Program-made: the position numbers and the translations under genes
The notes under the pieces: generated by a model
Database searches by the model: none
What the model was told of the DNA's origin: nothing
What the model saw: only the letters and a program-made list of their open reading frames with translations
Part shown: in pieces, positions 13,007 to 26,450 of the stretch
How positions within the stretch are numbered: position 1 is the first letter of the stretch
How the letters are laid out: each line of letters begins with the position of its first letter
From: the human T2T-CHM13v2.0 reference genome, Homo sapiens
Direction of reading: 5' to 3'
NCBI GenBank assembly: GCA_009914755.4
Contig: CP086569.2
Span: forward strand, 18,176,001-18,240,000
Length of the DNA: 64,000 nucleotides

Positions 13007-15589
13007 CTGCTTTTCTAATTTTATAGATAATTAGGTCATAAGTATGGGATGTTTTAGTATAATAAAAGTAGAATCTCTGCATAGTTCATGTATTTGAAAT
13101 TGAGATAATTTATTACCTAATTTCAAAAGAAGCTTTAAAATTTGACAAAATATTGTAAAGCTCAAGAAAAGAAAACTAAGGAGAATATGAAAATTTTTGC
13201 TCAATGTCTTACAGTGCAAGATGAAAAAAAGCTCTAACATATTGTGAAAAAGAGAGCAGTTTTCAGCACTGTTATACTGATTCCCCATACTGGAAAATGT
13301 TTGCTTTGTTTTGTTTTTCTAACATTCCATCTGTTGAAAGTCTTGAATATTAAGGGTATAAATTTTATTTATTTTAAATTTCTTAAAATTTTTGTGGGTA
13401 CAAAAATCAAACCAAAATGGATTAAAGGGTATGGAATTTAGATATTGAAATAAACTGGCATACTCAATGCTTGCTATTCTGATATATTTTCTTCCAAAAT
13501 TATCTTACATTCAAAGCTCTGGGGATAGTTTGTGGTCTAGTATATTTGGTGTAAATATTCTCAAAATATGTAAATACTTATAAATATATTTATATATTAT
13601 ACAAGTTATACAAATAAACTCTAGCATATTTGATGTAAATTTTTTAGGATGTGGTTCCACATCTTGAAAAATTCCATTGATAGACTTCTGTTTTCCTATT
13701 TCAATAAAGCCATAAAGTAGTTCTGAAAAACTTTAAATATATAAAATTAGACACTGAAATACTTTATCTGAAAATGTCCTTGTCCATTAACATAAATATT
13801 GTATTTGCTTAGTGGCCATTTTTAAATTTACAATCAGACGGTCATTATTTTCTGAGGTATTATTAACATGATCAAAATAGAATCATTAGTTTTTCATGTT
13901 TTCATTTTCAAAATACAGTTCTGAAACACCAACCCAGGGATCATTCTGAAATATTTTTAATATGATCTGAAATCCCAGGTATAAATTACAAACTTCCTAA
14001 AAAGTAGAACCATCTCACTCAACTAAACAACATTGCCTTTAAAAAGTGTATGACAATTTCGACTGAAATTCATAATAGAAGATTTTCAAGCAGAAGTCAG
14101 TTAAATTTTACTGTGTATATTATCATTTTTATAGAAGTTGGAAAACCTCTAGAGGAGTGAATTAAAGTTCATCCTTTTTGCTTGTAATAAAATACAATAA
14201 CATCCTGTTTTACCTAAGGAAATGTATTCAAAATAACTTTTAAAGTAAAACTCATAAAAGTTAAAAAAAAAAGTAAAGAACTCTAGGGGGATTGTCTATA
14301 ATCTCTCCCTCCCTGCCTCCCTCTTTCCCTCCTTTTTTTCCCTTTCTCCCTATTCGCTGTTTTTCCCCAGAAATCATATAACTAGTGTGGCTTAATAAAC
14401 TTTGGAACTTTTTATTCACCTAGGCTTTCCTCTCCTGAAAAGAACTGTGTCTTGCATCCTGTTCCATTAGCCCTGGTGTGGTAATCTGCAGTGAGCAAGT
14501 TGTAAATTCACTTCCTAGCATGGCAATACAAACCATTCTTAAATATCCTTCCTTGAACACAACGGTGTAAACCTCACAACCTCATTCCCAAGTGAGCTCA
14601 AGTTCACCATTCACATAGTATTTTTCTAAACAGCTCAAAAGCCTCGATGACTTATGGGCTTTGCTCTAGCAGAGCTAAAATGGAAATATGGATTGTAGCT
14701 GTCACTTCAGAGACTCAGAGCTGGCTAGGTTAGTATGGACAGATTTGTAAGTGTCCATTTCCATAGCTATGGACAATAGGTAGTATTTCATTTTGTCTTT
14801 CCCCAATGGCTACTCTTACAACCACAGAAACATATGAGTCCATTAGTAGTCTCAAACGCTTCATAAAATTTGGCTTGTTTGGGTCTCCTTTGAAAATGTT
14901 CCCCTGAATATGATTTTTCTCTGCAAGTCATAACTGAATATTTTTTACCAGCTGTGCTATATTTGATGCTTCTCTAGGTTCATTAATATCCATAAGGTAA
15001 GGGAATAAATATTAATATACTCTGAGTTATCCAGGAAAACATACTGAAGGGTTCATATGATTCATTGTGTTACCTTTTTAGTGCTCTGTGAAATTTTTAT
15101 TCTTGGCTTAAATGCTTACAGTGTAAAACAGATGCAAATTAACCTGGGATTTACCTAAAATTGGTCTGGCATCTACACTGCATCTCTTGCTAGTGAGGAG
15201 AGGGTGGAAGCATGTGATATAGATCAGTCGTACAACTGACCACCACATATAGTATCTTTTCCCAATTTTTCCATCTCTTCACCCTGATTATTATCTTCAC
15301 CAGGTTTCATGATGCTCAGTGCTCGTGTTTCTGTGTTTGCTGTCTTGTATTTCCTTTTATCATATTTCTCCCCAAATATAAACTTTGGGTTTCTGCCTTT
15401 CCATTTGTGTAACGCTTGCATTAGTACTTGGTATGCAGTGGGTACACAATATATGTTGGTTGGATTAAAAAAAAATCAAAAGCACCAAAACTTGTTCCCT
15501 CTATGTAAACTAGATTAAGTCATTTGAAAAAATACCCCATAATGGAAACAACTTCTATAATGAAAAAGGGCCACAGAGAAAAAAATGTG

Positions 15590-15841
15590 TTTGTGTGTAC
15601 ATATGTGTGTGTGTGTAAAAAATTAATATAAGTATGATATATATACATATATGTACCTACACATACAAATACAACACACATATGTATGCATATATATATA
15701 TACCTCTATATATCCACATATAAGTAGATTGTATTACATACTGGAGACAGATATGTAAGAAATATATATATATCTATAGAGATAGATAGATAGATAGATA
15801 GATAGATACATAGATAAGAAATAGAATTCTATCTATCTATA
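15590..15841. repeat. Compound microsatellite cluster of (TG)n, (TA)n and (GATA)n, followed by an inverted (TATC)n around a palindromic 'atagaattctat'
   Basis: Direct reading shows 'gtgtgtgtgtgtgtaa', 'atatatatata' and 'agatagatagatagatagatagatacatagata...gaattctatctatctat'. Confidence 0.9.
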
Positions 15842-16584
15842 TTTGTTTGTTCGTTGTTATTGCAGGGAGGTGTTGTTGCCAAAACATTGACAAATTTCAT
15901 GTACATAGAAAGTGGCTGGAAGAAAAGAAGTAGAATAACTAACCTCAAAAGAACAGCTGCTGCTATATGCACGGACATTGTAAGTAGAATATTAATCACA
16001 CTAAATGACAGCTCACTAAAAATTGAAATAGTAGAATACCTTTTTTGTCTTCCAGGGTTTGCAATCAAGGGAGAGAACATTGTAAAGAGCCTGACACAAA
16101 CTAATTTTTCTAATTCCCTATGAGGTAATTCAGCATAATTTTAATTTCCATTTTATTTACATTAGTCTTTGGAAGGTTTAAATGCAGGTTTTATCTTAGA
16201 CAATTCCTAGAATAAAAAGTAAATTTCCATATGCCTCTCAGTCCTTAACCAGATCTACCTTTATTAGGAGGAATCGAGAATGAAAAGAAAACAGGAATCT
16301 TAGTACCAGTTTTCAAAACATTTAACTGACCTACTTATCTAGATTTTTATATTTAAATGATTCTAGAATATCCAAACGACCAAGACAGAACCTTGCTGGA
16401 CACAGGAACTCTATTTTCTTGTTACAGTGCCTATGAAATGTGACACCATGCAGACTAATAATAAACGCTTCACTGTACACATACATGTTCTATTGCATGG
16501 GAGATAGGTAGAAATCATGGATGTGAATTCAAAGTCATTCATCTTTTAATTGAAATCAGTATTTTGAAGACATGTGCTCACCAC

Positions 16585-16952
16585 TGATATGGCTTGGCTG
16601 TGTCCCCACTTAAATCTCATCTTGCATTGTGGCTCCCATAATCCCCACGTGTTGTGGGAGGGACCCAGTGAGGGGTGTGCAATTGAATTATGAGGGTGGT
16701 TACTACCATGCTGCTGTTCTTATGATATTGAGTGAGTTTTCATGGTTTTATAAGGGGCTTTTTCCCCTTTTGCTCAGCACTTCTCCTTCCTGCCACCTTG
16801 TAAGACATGCCTTTGCTCCTCCTTTGCCTTCTACCATGAATGTGAGTCCTCCCCAGTCAAGTGGAACTGTGAATCCATTAAACCTCTTTTTCTTTTTAAA
16901 TTACCCAGTTCCATGTATTTCTTCAGAGCAGTATGAAAACGGACCAATACAA
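16585..16952 (+). mobile_element. THE1/MST-type ERVL-MaLR solo LTR
   Basis: Both termini of the MaLR LTR consensus are present. The 5' end reads 'tgatatggcttggctgtgtccccacttaaatctcatcttgcattgtggctcccataatccccacgtgttgtgggagggacccagtg'. The 3' end reads '...gtgagtcctccccagtcaagtggaactgtgaatccattaaacctcttttt ctttttaaattacccagttccatgtatttcttcagagcagtatgaaaacggaccaatacaa'. Confidence 0.8.
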
Positions 16953-17640
16953 CTGCGATTTTCATGGCAACATTATTCATAACAGCAAAGATTTGGAAAC
17001 AACATAGAAGGACATTGACATATGGATGGATCAAGAAAGTGTGTATACATATTTATGTATGTCATGGAATATTAATCAACCTTGAAAAAGAAGGAAATCT
17101 TGTCATTTTTAACAACATGGATAGACCTGAGGAATGTTATCCTGAGTGAGATGGGCCAGGCACAGAAAGACAACTTCTGTATGATCTAATTTATTCATTT
17201 ACATGTGGAATCCAAAATAGACTCATACAAGCAGAGGGCAAATGCAGGTTACCAGCTGGGTGAGGAAGGAGAAATGGGGAGGTAATGGTCAAAGGGTACA
17301 AACTTTCATTTATGCAAAGTAAATAAATTCTAAAGATCTACTCTCCAGTGCAGTGCCTAGGACTGACAATGCTGTATTTTATACACAAAACTTACTGAAA
17401 GGGTAGATCTTATGTTAAATGTTCATAATACACACAGACATATAAAATAATAATGAGGGAGTGGGAGGAAACTTTGGGAAATAATGGATTGATTAATATA
17501 TTTATGACTTTGGTGGTCGTGATCATTTCAGGAATGTATACTTATCCCCAAACTCATCAAGTTGTATTTTTTAAATCTGTATAACTTTCAACATGTCAAT
17601 CATAATTGAATAAAATGGTTAAAAAACACAGTTATTCGTC
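16953..17640 (+). mobile_element. Ancient L1 (L1M-type) 3'-end fragment
   Basis: The sequence 'ggatggatcaagaaagtgtgtatacatatttatgtatgtcatggaatattaatcaaccttgaaaaagaaggaaatcttgtcatttttaacaacatggatagacctgaggaatgttatcctgagtgagat...tacaaactttcatttatgcaaagtaaataa...' follows the L1M 3'-end layout ('YTMEYYSAIKKNEI..ATWMDLE.IMLSE' region through to the tail). Confidence 0.65.
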
Positions 17641-20600
17641 TTTTAAAACACAACTTTTCTCCAGCTAATTTTCCCATTTCTGTGCAGTAGAATATGAATG
17701 TGATAGTGACAATCCATTTTCCAGGAACTAAAAAAGAATGGCCCTCCTATGGATGGGGAAACAGGATGGAAAATGGGTTTATTCTGGAAAATTTTGAGTG
17801 AATCCAGAGAATAGAACTTTCACTCTCTCAAAACACCCATCTGTTCAGACATTTATGTGGAATAAATAAAATTTTCATCTTGGGCAAAGTGCTGTTGTTC
17901 GTTCCATGGAGGAGACACATTAAAGCTGATTTTATTAGTGATAAAGGAAAAAAAGCAGTGTTTGTTAAGAGAACAAGAGGCTCAAAGCATCGGCAACACA
18001 CACAGGGGTAGTTCAGAAAGGATTAGGTGAAGAATTAAGATCAGACAGAACCAGAGAACTATTTGAGCCATAAGAGTTAACTCTGTATGTGTGTATCTAC
18101 TCAACAGATACATCATTACTCAGAAATGGAAATTGATTTTAGAAAAGAGTGTCTTTTATGTTTTTATGTTTTAAGCGTATATTTAAAATTTTTTAGTAAC
18201 CTCTATAAAAGGCTATAGTGTGGCCAGTTTTCTCTAACAGCTGAGCAGGCAGGACTCCATGACAATGGTTTAGCAGTGACTCAGTGGTTAAGTTACACAT
18301 TAAAAGCTGAAAAGTGTCTTCGGACATTAAAATGTAACAATAGCCCACCAAGAATTTTACCTAGGCCTTTCCTGAGCCTTGAAACATGACAAAATAATGA
18401 AGGAATTCTTAATGGGATCCGTTTAGGATTAAACAAGTTTTATTTGGGGTCTGAAGAAACTCCCCAGACCACCACAAACAAGTTTTAGTGGGGGTCTAAC
18501 AGAACTCCCCAAACCTCTATGATTTAGCAGGGCGCAAAATAAGGGTAATCACCCCCAGCACTTGGACCCATCTAGATTAAGTAAATTTACTGAGGCTCCA
18601 GAGGAAGGTCTTCAGGACTCAGACCTTAGTTGTAGATTAGAATAGTTTATCACTTATGTCTTTAGATGAATGCACACTTACATGTAGATATATAGCTTAA
18701 AAAGCATATAAGCTCTGGAAAACTTTGTAACTTGAGTTGGTCGGGTGATATTTTCCAGGTCTTCTCCCTGTATCAGGTTACAAAAGTAAACTCTGTTCTT
18801 TCCCAGCTTATCTGCATCTGGTTATTGGGCTGCCAGAATAAGTAGCCTGACCTCACTATGCTCACTATGGGAACGATAACGTCCGTGATTTTTTTTTAAC
18901 ACACAATTTTTTGTCATCCTATTTGAGAATCCTTTCAGGTATTCTGACATTCTTGGCAAACTTTGTATCTGGCAAAGAATTATCCCAAGAATGTGTGTAC
19001 TAATAATACCTTTGTTATCCATAGGGGTTTTAAGGAAAACAATAATACTCATCAACTTTTTATTTTCTAACAAGAAAAGGTCTTTTTATTTCCTGGCACT
19101 TTGAACTTGTCCCTTGTATAATGAAATGACAATTTTGATTTAAGGATTTTCCTCATCAAAATTTCATCCCGAGTTTTCTAATGAATTTTGAATTGAAAAA
19201 GAGGCATTATGACTCCACAAACCCTTTAACTTAACATTTCTTAAGGATTGATTGACTCGATTCCTGGTTGCCTCTTTCCTAAGGCACATTTCTCTGTCGT
19301 TACTCCCCATTAATTTGAGAAAGAATATCAATTTCTGTTTCTGTCCCACCAATTTTAAATTGTTTGACTCCTTGGGACAAGACTGCAAAGTGGTTGAATC
19401 ATTCAGTGAGAACCATCACCATCCACTAGAAATGAGGGTGGTAATCTGCAAGAATTTTACTGTTAATGAATATGTTAAATTTTGAGATTATAGGCTTCTA
19501 AAATTTTACCAATCACTTAAATGTCTCACTGGAAAAATTAATGCTCTTTCTAAAGTGCCCAGTTCCCTCTATAGATGATATAATTATTGGGCATCAGGAA
19601 ATCTTCACGGCTTCCCTCACAGTGACTAAGGCAGATTTGAAAACCTAAATTTATGTGTGCATTTGTCAACTAAATATCTTAATATAAATAATATCCAATG
19701 CTATTACTTTGCTGCATATCTGATGTTAATAATGAAAAACCGAAAGTGATTAATTCTAAAACACTATGTGTTAATATTTCTGTGTTAAGTTCACTGAAAA
19801 GTTTCCTTACATGCCTTCCTTTTAGAAATGGATAAGACGTGGGAATTTTATTTAAAATAAGGGGAAGAAAGGCATATCTTTAACTTCACCTTTGTTTGTT
19901 AAATTCAGTGAACACATAACTGAAGGTACGAGATCAGAACATACACCACACCACGGTTGTTGAGTTAATCCTCCATTGCCTTTGGGGGAATTTTATGAAA
20001 ATTAAAGGTATCCTTGTATTTTGACAATTTGAAGGCCTAGGGAAATAGCATTCAAAGGACTTCTTTAATGTGTAGCCTTCACTGAGAGCTTATTTTAATA
20101 TAGTTCTGAGTGATTCTGTGAATATTCAAAATCTCCTCTGCACTCAAAATTAAATTTACAAAAAGAAAAACCACTGTGTTGATCTTGTGGCCTAGGTAAT
20201 CCTATGTTATACAGAATTAAAAAAAAAAAGGCAGGGATTCCCTTCCTATAAAAAGAGGGGAATATCTCAAACTGCACATGTATTTGAAAAAAATGTTTTG
20301 ACTAATTTACTGAATCAACCCAGCTACGTTATTTAATCCATAGGGAAACTGTTTATGCATTGCTCAGCTAAGGAGAATCAAATAAAAAAAAGTTCATGGT
20401 TTATTTTTTTAATGCCTAGTGGCTGATGGCATATCAATTTTTGCCTAAGTTGAATATCTTCATTTTTACTTTAGAATACATTCTGGCATACATGCTGAGT
20501 TTGTTAAGACAGAAGAAGTTTTGTTTTATATAAACTAAGTTATATTTCAGAAAAAACTCTAAACCGAAATATAAAATTCATCATTTTTTCCTTTGAGCAT

Positions 20601-21205
20601 TTTTTGTTTGTTTCTTTCTTTGATATTTCTCTGTGTTTATAGTTGAAGTTGGAAGTTATCTCCTGGTACTTAGTCAGTTAGAGCACTCCATCATCTGCCT
20701 TTGAAGTCTGAGAGTTACAAATACATAACAATAACTGGTCATAAGACCCAATATTTTACAATAAAAATTATTACAGTAAACTTTAATACAATATGAAAAA
20801 ATAATCACAAAGCCAGCTTAAAAAACATATGAAACATTACAAATATATGCATAATCTGTGGAAGTTGTACATAATCCTCATCATTATCTTCATCAGCTGT
20901 AAAGATAAGTTGCAAAAAAGTTTTGAAAATTAATCCCCTCATTTCTCCTTAACCAGTGAGCCAAACACAAAGTGATTATTAGAATTAGAAAATACTAGAA
21001 TTTAATGACAATGAAAATGGTACATTTCAAAACTAAAATCAAGAATATTAACATTAAGATATCTTAAAGAAATAGAAAACAAATCTTACGCTCAATAAAG
21101 TTGCTTACAACAATCTTTATTGGCAAAGCCTCAGAATTCCCAATATAGAATTTTTTTCTATGAATTGACTGGAGAAAGCTAAAACAAATAGGAAATTTTA
21201 TGTAG

Positions 21206-21573
21206 TGTGTTAGCCTGTTCTCATGCTGCTAATAAAGAGATACCCAAGACTGGGTAATTTATAACGGAAGGAGACTTAATTGACTCACAGTTCCACATAA
21301 TTGGTGAGTCCACACAATCATGGCGTAAGTAGAGGAGGAGCAAAGTTATGTCTTACATGACCACAGGCAAGAGAGAATGAGAGCCAACTAAAAGGGGAAA
21401 CTCCTTATAAAGCCATCAGATCTTGTGAGATTTAATCACTACCACAAAAACAGTATGGGGGAAGCTCCCCTATGATTCAATTTTCTTGGACCTGGTCCCT
21501 CCCATAATATATGGAGATTATGGGAGCTACAATTCAAGATGAGATTTGGGTTGGATACAGCCAACCCATATCA
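21206..21573 (-). mobile_element. THE1/MST-type MaLR LTR, antisense
   Basis: The start 'gtgttagcctgttctcatgctgctaataaagagatacccaagactgggtaatttataa' is the reverse complement of the LTR 3' end. The end '...caagatgagatttgggttggatacagccaacccatatca' is the reverse complement of the LTR 5' end 'tgatatggtttggctgtg...'. Confidence 0.75.
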
Positions 21574-22362
21574 TGTAGCATGTCATGGATCCTTATACAT
21601 GTCATGTAATAGAAGACTGCGGTAAGCCATGAACATTTGTATTAGGCTAATTTGCTATAAACAAATGCAAAAACTTGAGAAAAATGGGATTTCCCATCAT
21701 CTTGTGATTATAAACAGTTCTGTTACTTTTCAAAGGTTTATGGCCAGAAGAATATCTTTACTAAGTGTGGCACACTTGTTTAAAATGAGAAACATTTGTA
21801 TTTAACATGTTTTCCTTAAGTTCTATGTTGCAACATATTTGTGTAATTCTTTCTGATTTCCCTCTGCATGTATTGATACAACTCAAAACTGATCATTTCT
21901 TAACTTTGAACTTTCTGAATGATTTTCTTTATCTATGTTTGTTTTAAGGCTGCATTTAACCAATAGTGTTTTTGATGTAATTATAATCTTCCTGCTTTTA
22001 TAGGTGACTTCAACATAAATTCATTTACATTGCCATGAGTGATAGATGTGCATACACTTTCAAACATTAAAAATAGTAAGTTATGCATTAAACATGTTTT
22101 ATTAATGTTAAAATATGTAGCTTTTAATTACAAAGCATTACATATATACATATGGATTCATGTAAACTCACATAATATGTATAATATATACACACATAAA
22201 AATACAATTTAACTTTTTCTGATGTGATCTGCATTTACTTTTGCAAAATATAAACATAAACCTAATTTTTTCACCCCACCTATATTCTACCTATTGTTTT
22301 ATTGGTAAAAAGTGGTGTTTTAGACATTGTAATATTAAATAATTACTTTGCAGTATATATTC

Positions 22363-22720
22363 TCATACTGCTAATAAAGACCTACCCAAGACTGGGTAAT
22401 TTATAAAGGAAAGAGGTTTAGTTGACTTACAGTGCCACAGGGCTGGGGAGGCCTCCAGAAACTTACAGTCATGGTGAACAGGGAAGCAGACATGTCCTTC
22501 TTCACATGGTAGCAGCAAGGAGAATTGCAAAGCGAATGCAGGAAAATGCTCATAAAACCATCAGATCTTGTGAGAACTCATTCACCAACATGATAACGGC
22601 ATGGAGGTAATTGTCCCCATGATTCAATTATCTCCATATGGTCTCTCCCAAGAGAGGAAGGGATTATGAGAACTATAGTTCAAGATGAGATTTCGGTGGG
22701 GACACAGAAAAACCATATCA
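22363..22720 (-). mobile_element. Second THE1/MST-type MaLR LTR, antisense, 0.8 kb downstream of the first
   Basis: The sequence runs from 'gtatatattctcatactgctaataaagacctacccaagactgggtaatttataaaggaaagaggtttagttgacttacag' to 'ttcaagatgagatttcggtggggacacagaaaaaccatatca'. Confidence 0.75.
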
Positions 22721-23513
22721 CACATCTTGTCTTTCAAAAGACATTTTTATAATACCCTGCAACTACACAATTATTACACCACATTTCCATGCAATTTAAA
22801 TATTTAGCCCCACACTTTGTATCAATGACATCAGAAATGTCCATCTGGCATTTTGTGTACATTTCTGCCTTCTTCAGGCTGTTGTCCTGTTATCTTATTG
22901 TTTATTTCTTATTTCATGGAACCTTTCCTACGTTCAACTTTATTGAACAGAACAAGTAGTCTCTATCCAGTGTTTATTGTTGCTTTTTGTGATGTATTTC
23001 TCCAATTATGCTGTCTCTTGGCAGATGGATTGCTAACCATTCCAGTTATTTAACAGCATTATTTCCATAGACTCAGCTGGCTCCAAAATATATTTTCATT
23101 GTTTTTGTTTCTGGGTGTTAACATTTGGGAGCTTCTAACTGTCTAAGATAATTTTGTGTTGTCATCAAAGACCAGGATACTTGTTTATGCTGGGAATGCC
23201 AGTGTCTTTCTTGAGACCACAGAATTGGAAATCAACTATTGAGTTGAAATTCCAGCTGCAGGAATTATTAGATTGTGTCCTTGGGCAAGTTTCTGAACCA
23301 TTTTATGCCTCAGTAAAACTGGAATCATGATAGTACCAACTACAGAGAAAATTTTCTGGTGCCAAGGAGATTGAAGTGAGCCATCCACTTAAGATATGAC
23401 ACATTATATAAGCAGAGCTGTAATAGACACATTCAGTTCTCTATTAAATTGCACATTTGCCTTCTGCATATATTTCTGCAGAAAATGTCTAATTTCCACA
23501 TTTTTTCTTTGTA

Positions 23514-23803
23514 TTACTTTTTTCTTTGAGACTGTCTTATGCTATTGCCCAAGTTGGAGTATAGTGGCACCATCATAGTTTGTTGCAGCCTTGAAATCCT
23601 GGGCTCAAGTCAAGCTTCCACCTCAGCGTGTCAAGTAGCTCAGACTACAGACATGTGTCACCATGCCCAGGTAATTTTTTTTTTAACTTTCTGTGGAGAT
23701 GCAGTCTCACTATGTTGCCCAGGCTAGTCTCAAACTCATAGCTTCAATTGGTCCTCCTAACTGAGCCACCCAAAGTTCTGAGATTAGAGGAAGGCATGAG
23801 CCA
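23514..23803 (-). mobile_element. Old Alu (AluJ-like), antisense
   Basis: The sequence reads 'ttttttctttgagactgtcttatgctattgcccaagttggagtatagtggcaccatcatagtttgttgcagccttgaaatcctgggctcaag...ctcactatgttgcccaggctagtctcaaactcatagcttc...ccacccaaagttctgagattagagg'. Confidence 0.8.
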
Positions 23804-24186
23804 TCAGTATAGGTAAGGCATTTAGAATAGGGGTAGGATGTGATAAGTCCTTAGTGAATATTTCTGATGGCTAAAGTTGATATGTCATTGGGGGTATTTT
23901 CATTAACCACCTAGCTGCTGTTTGAATCTTCCAGTGGCAGGAGAACCCACTAAGTGCATCATTTGCGTTTACTATATTTTTGCCATTCCCTCATTTTTAA
24001 CTAAGCAACCAAAACCTTAATCATTCTTTGTCAGAGGAAACTTATGCAGGGTAGCTAGATGCTGTTAACAGTAAAAGGTCTTCACCTCTTTGGCTAAATT
24101 TAAGTGGTTTGATGAGATGATGGTCAATTCCACAGCATCAGATGAGGTGTTAGGATGGATAGCTAGCTAGTTAGATCAACATAGAG

Positions 24187-24230
24187 ACTGAGATTGAGAT
24201 TGAGATTGAGATTGAGATTGAGATTGAGAT
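24187..24230. repeat. (GAGATT)n hexanucleotide repeat, about 7 units
   Basis: Direct reading shows 'gagattgagattgagattgagattgagattgagattgagat'. Confidence 0.95.
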
Positions 24231-26225
24231 AATTTTCTGTTTCTCTGGAGAATCTAGGCAAATACAGGAATGCACATAACTCCTTCCAGCCCAGAGTCCA
24301 TTGTTGTAGGACAATTCTAGATACAGGAAAAATGACATTTTTATTCATATACATAATCTACAGTTAGGAAAATTTTTTTAGACTAGATCAAATTAGGTGA
24401 TGAAAACATTCTTTATCTAGTAAACTAATGTACCCTACCTTCCTCTCTCTGAACTGTGTAAATTTGATCTTTGAAAGGCATGGTTGTTCAGTAAAGGGCC
24501 CTTCTCAGGAACAATGAAACAATGTTTTTGCAAAAAAGGGAAGGAAAATAACGCATTTTCATTTTCTAAGTTTTTATTTCTTGTTCATGCAAAAAGACAG
24601 ACATTGTGGCAATTTTCTTTACACAAGCATCTGTCCATGAGCCGTTTACCAACTAAATGAGGGATGTAAAATAGAAATCTTAAGACACTAAAGGGCAGAA
24701 AATAAAACCAGATAACAACTCACTTTTAAATTCGATACATAATGTCCTAACGAAATCTCTAATCTGTTTAGGAACCTAAACTTGCAGAAACAAATCTTTT
24801 GAATTCTTGAATGTTTTCAACCTGAAAAAAAAATAAAAAGTTACTCTGAAACATGGAAACATATCAAGATTCTTCCATTAGGTAACATATATGAGGAACA
24901 TTTTTCAGAAAATGGTTATATAATACCGTATCAGCTTTTTTGAGTACTTAATGATATTAAAATTAATTTTAAATTATAATAAAATATGTCATTTGTATGA
25001 GAAGTTTAAAGACCAAGAATTATAAACCAGTTGAGATATAATATCCCTTTATTACAAAGGACATTAAAGACAAATATCTGTGTTATGCCTCAAATGCAGC
25101 TGTTGTACGTGTAGACAAGTGACCAATACAAATTGAATGTAATGTAGATGTGTATAGACACAGAACACACACATACATACATTCTAACTACTCTATAAAA
25201 TATTTTTCTGTAAGGAGACTTAGGTATACCTTTACAGCAACTGAGAAATTTGTTGACATTGAAGCCAGTATTTTACAGCATGCAGCCCATTTGGCTCACC
25301 TTTGCTGAACTTGATTGTGCTCTTAAAACATTGTCTGGTGGAAGAACTATACAGGAAGGTAGGCATGTTGTTACATTGCTTCAGTGCTCTTTCCAACTAC
25401 ATTTTAAAATTTGCATTTATAATTAAGCAGACGGGAAAAGAATATGCATGAGGAAGTTGATAGAGTCTTGCCACATACCAAATATTCTTGCTAAGTGAGG
25501 TATTGTTCAAAGCTCCATCCTCAAGTCAGTAACCATTCAACTCTTACTCTGCTAAATGCTGATAGAATCATCATTTTGCCAATGTACGTATGTTTTCTGT
25601 TTCCAATAATTTCCCTAATAATGATCTCTAAGTGCATTTTTAGTTCTGACTTTGATGAATGGTGTCAATGTAAATGAATATAGCAGTCAGGCTAGCAGGA
25701 GGAAAAGAGAAATAAAGAAACCAGAATTTTACCTTTTCTTAACTCATTAACATCATTTCAGAGTACATCCTTCTTTTTCTCTGTCATAAACCAGTCTATT
25801 TTGTTCAACTACAAACTTGTCATTTTGTAGATCAAAGCGAGTTGAAGGTTGGCAATGTCATCTGGACAAGTTCATATTTGAGTCAGGCCCATTTTCTTGT
25901 TTTATTTATCTTATTTAATTTTTATCGAAATGTCATAGTTATCTTTTTTATTTTTAAAAAAGAGGTCATACAGGTCAAACCTAACTGTTCAGTTATCTAA
26001 TAATTCTCAGAAAAATGAGTAGTCATATAATGTATTAATTTTACTAAAAAGTGTTTATATGTGCCAGGCATTTTGTTAGAAGCTACAAGTAGCCAAAATA
26101 ACTTGTTTCCTAACAAGTCTCCAAAATTTAATTTCCAGAGGGGGATATTTGGATATAATATATGACATAGATGGCATTTGCTGCCAAATCCTGCTAATGT
26201 TTTGGGGTTTTATTTGTTTTTTGTC

Positions 26226-26450
26226 TTTTTTTTTTTTTTTTTCTGAGATAAGGTTTTGCTCTGTCATGCAGGCTGGAGTGCAGTGATGCAATCATAGGTC
26301 ACTGCAGCCTCGACATCCTAGATTCAAACAACCCTCCCACCTCAGGCTTCAGAGTAGCTGGGATCACAGGTGCACAACACCATGCCAGTTAATTGTTTTT
26401 CTTTCTCTCTGTCTTTTTTTGGTAGAGCCAAGGTCTCACTGTGTTGTTTT
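26226..26450 (-). mobile_element. Truncated old Alu, antisense
   Basis: A poly-T run is followed by 'ctgagataaggttttgctctgtcatgcaggctggagtgcagtgatgcaatcataggtcactgcagcctcgacatcctagattcaaacaaccctcccacctcaggcttcagagtagctgggatcacaggtg...ggtagagccaaggtctcactgtgttg'. Confidence 0.75.

Noticed and set aside
21206-22720. Calling the two MaLR LTRs a definite single provirus
   Set aside because: The LTR interiors look too divergent from one another to be confident they were identical at insertion. The matter is kept as an open question in the findings rather than annotated as a provirus.
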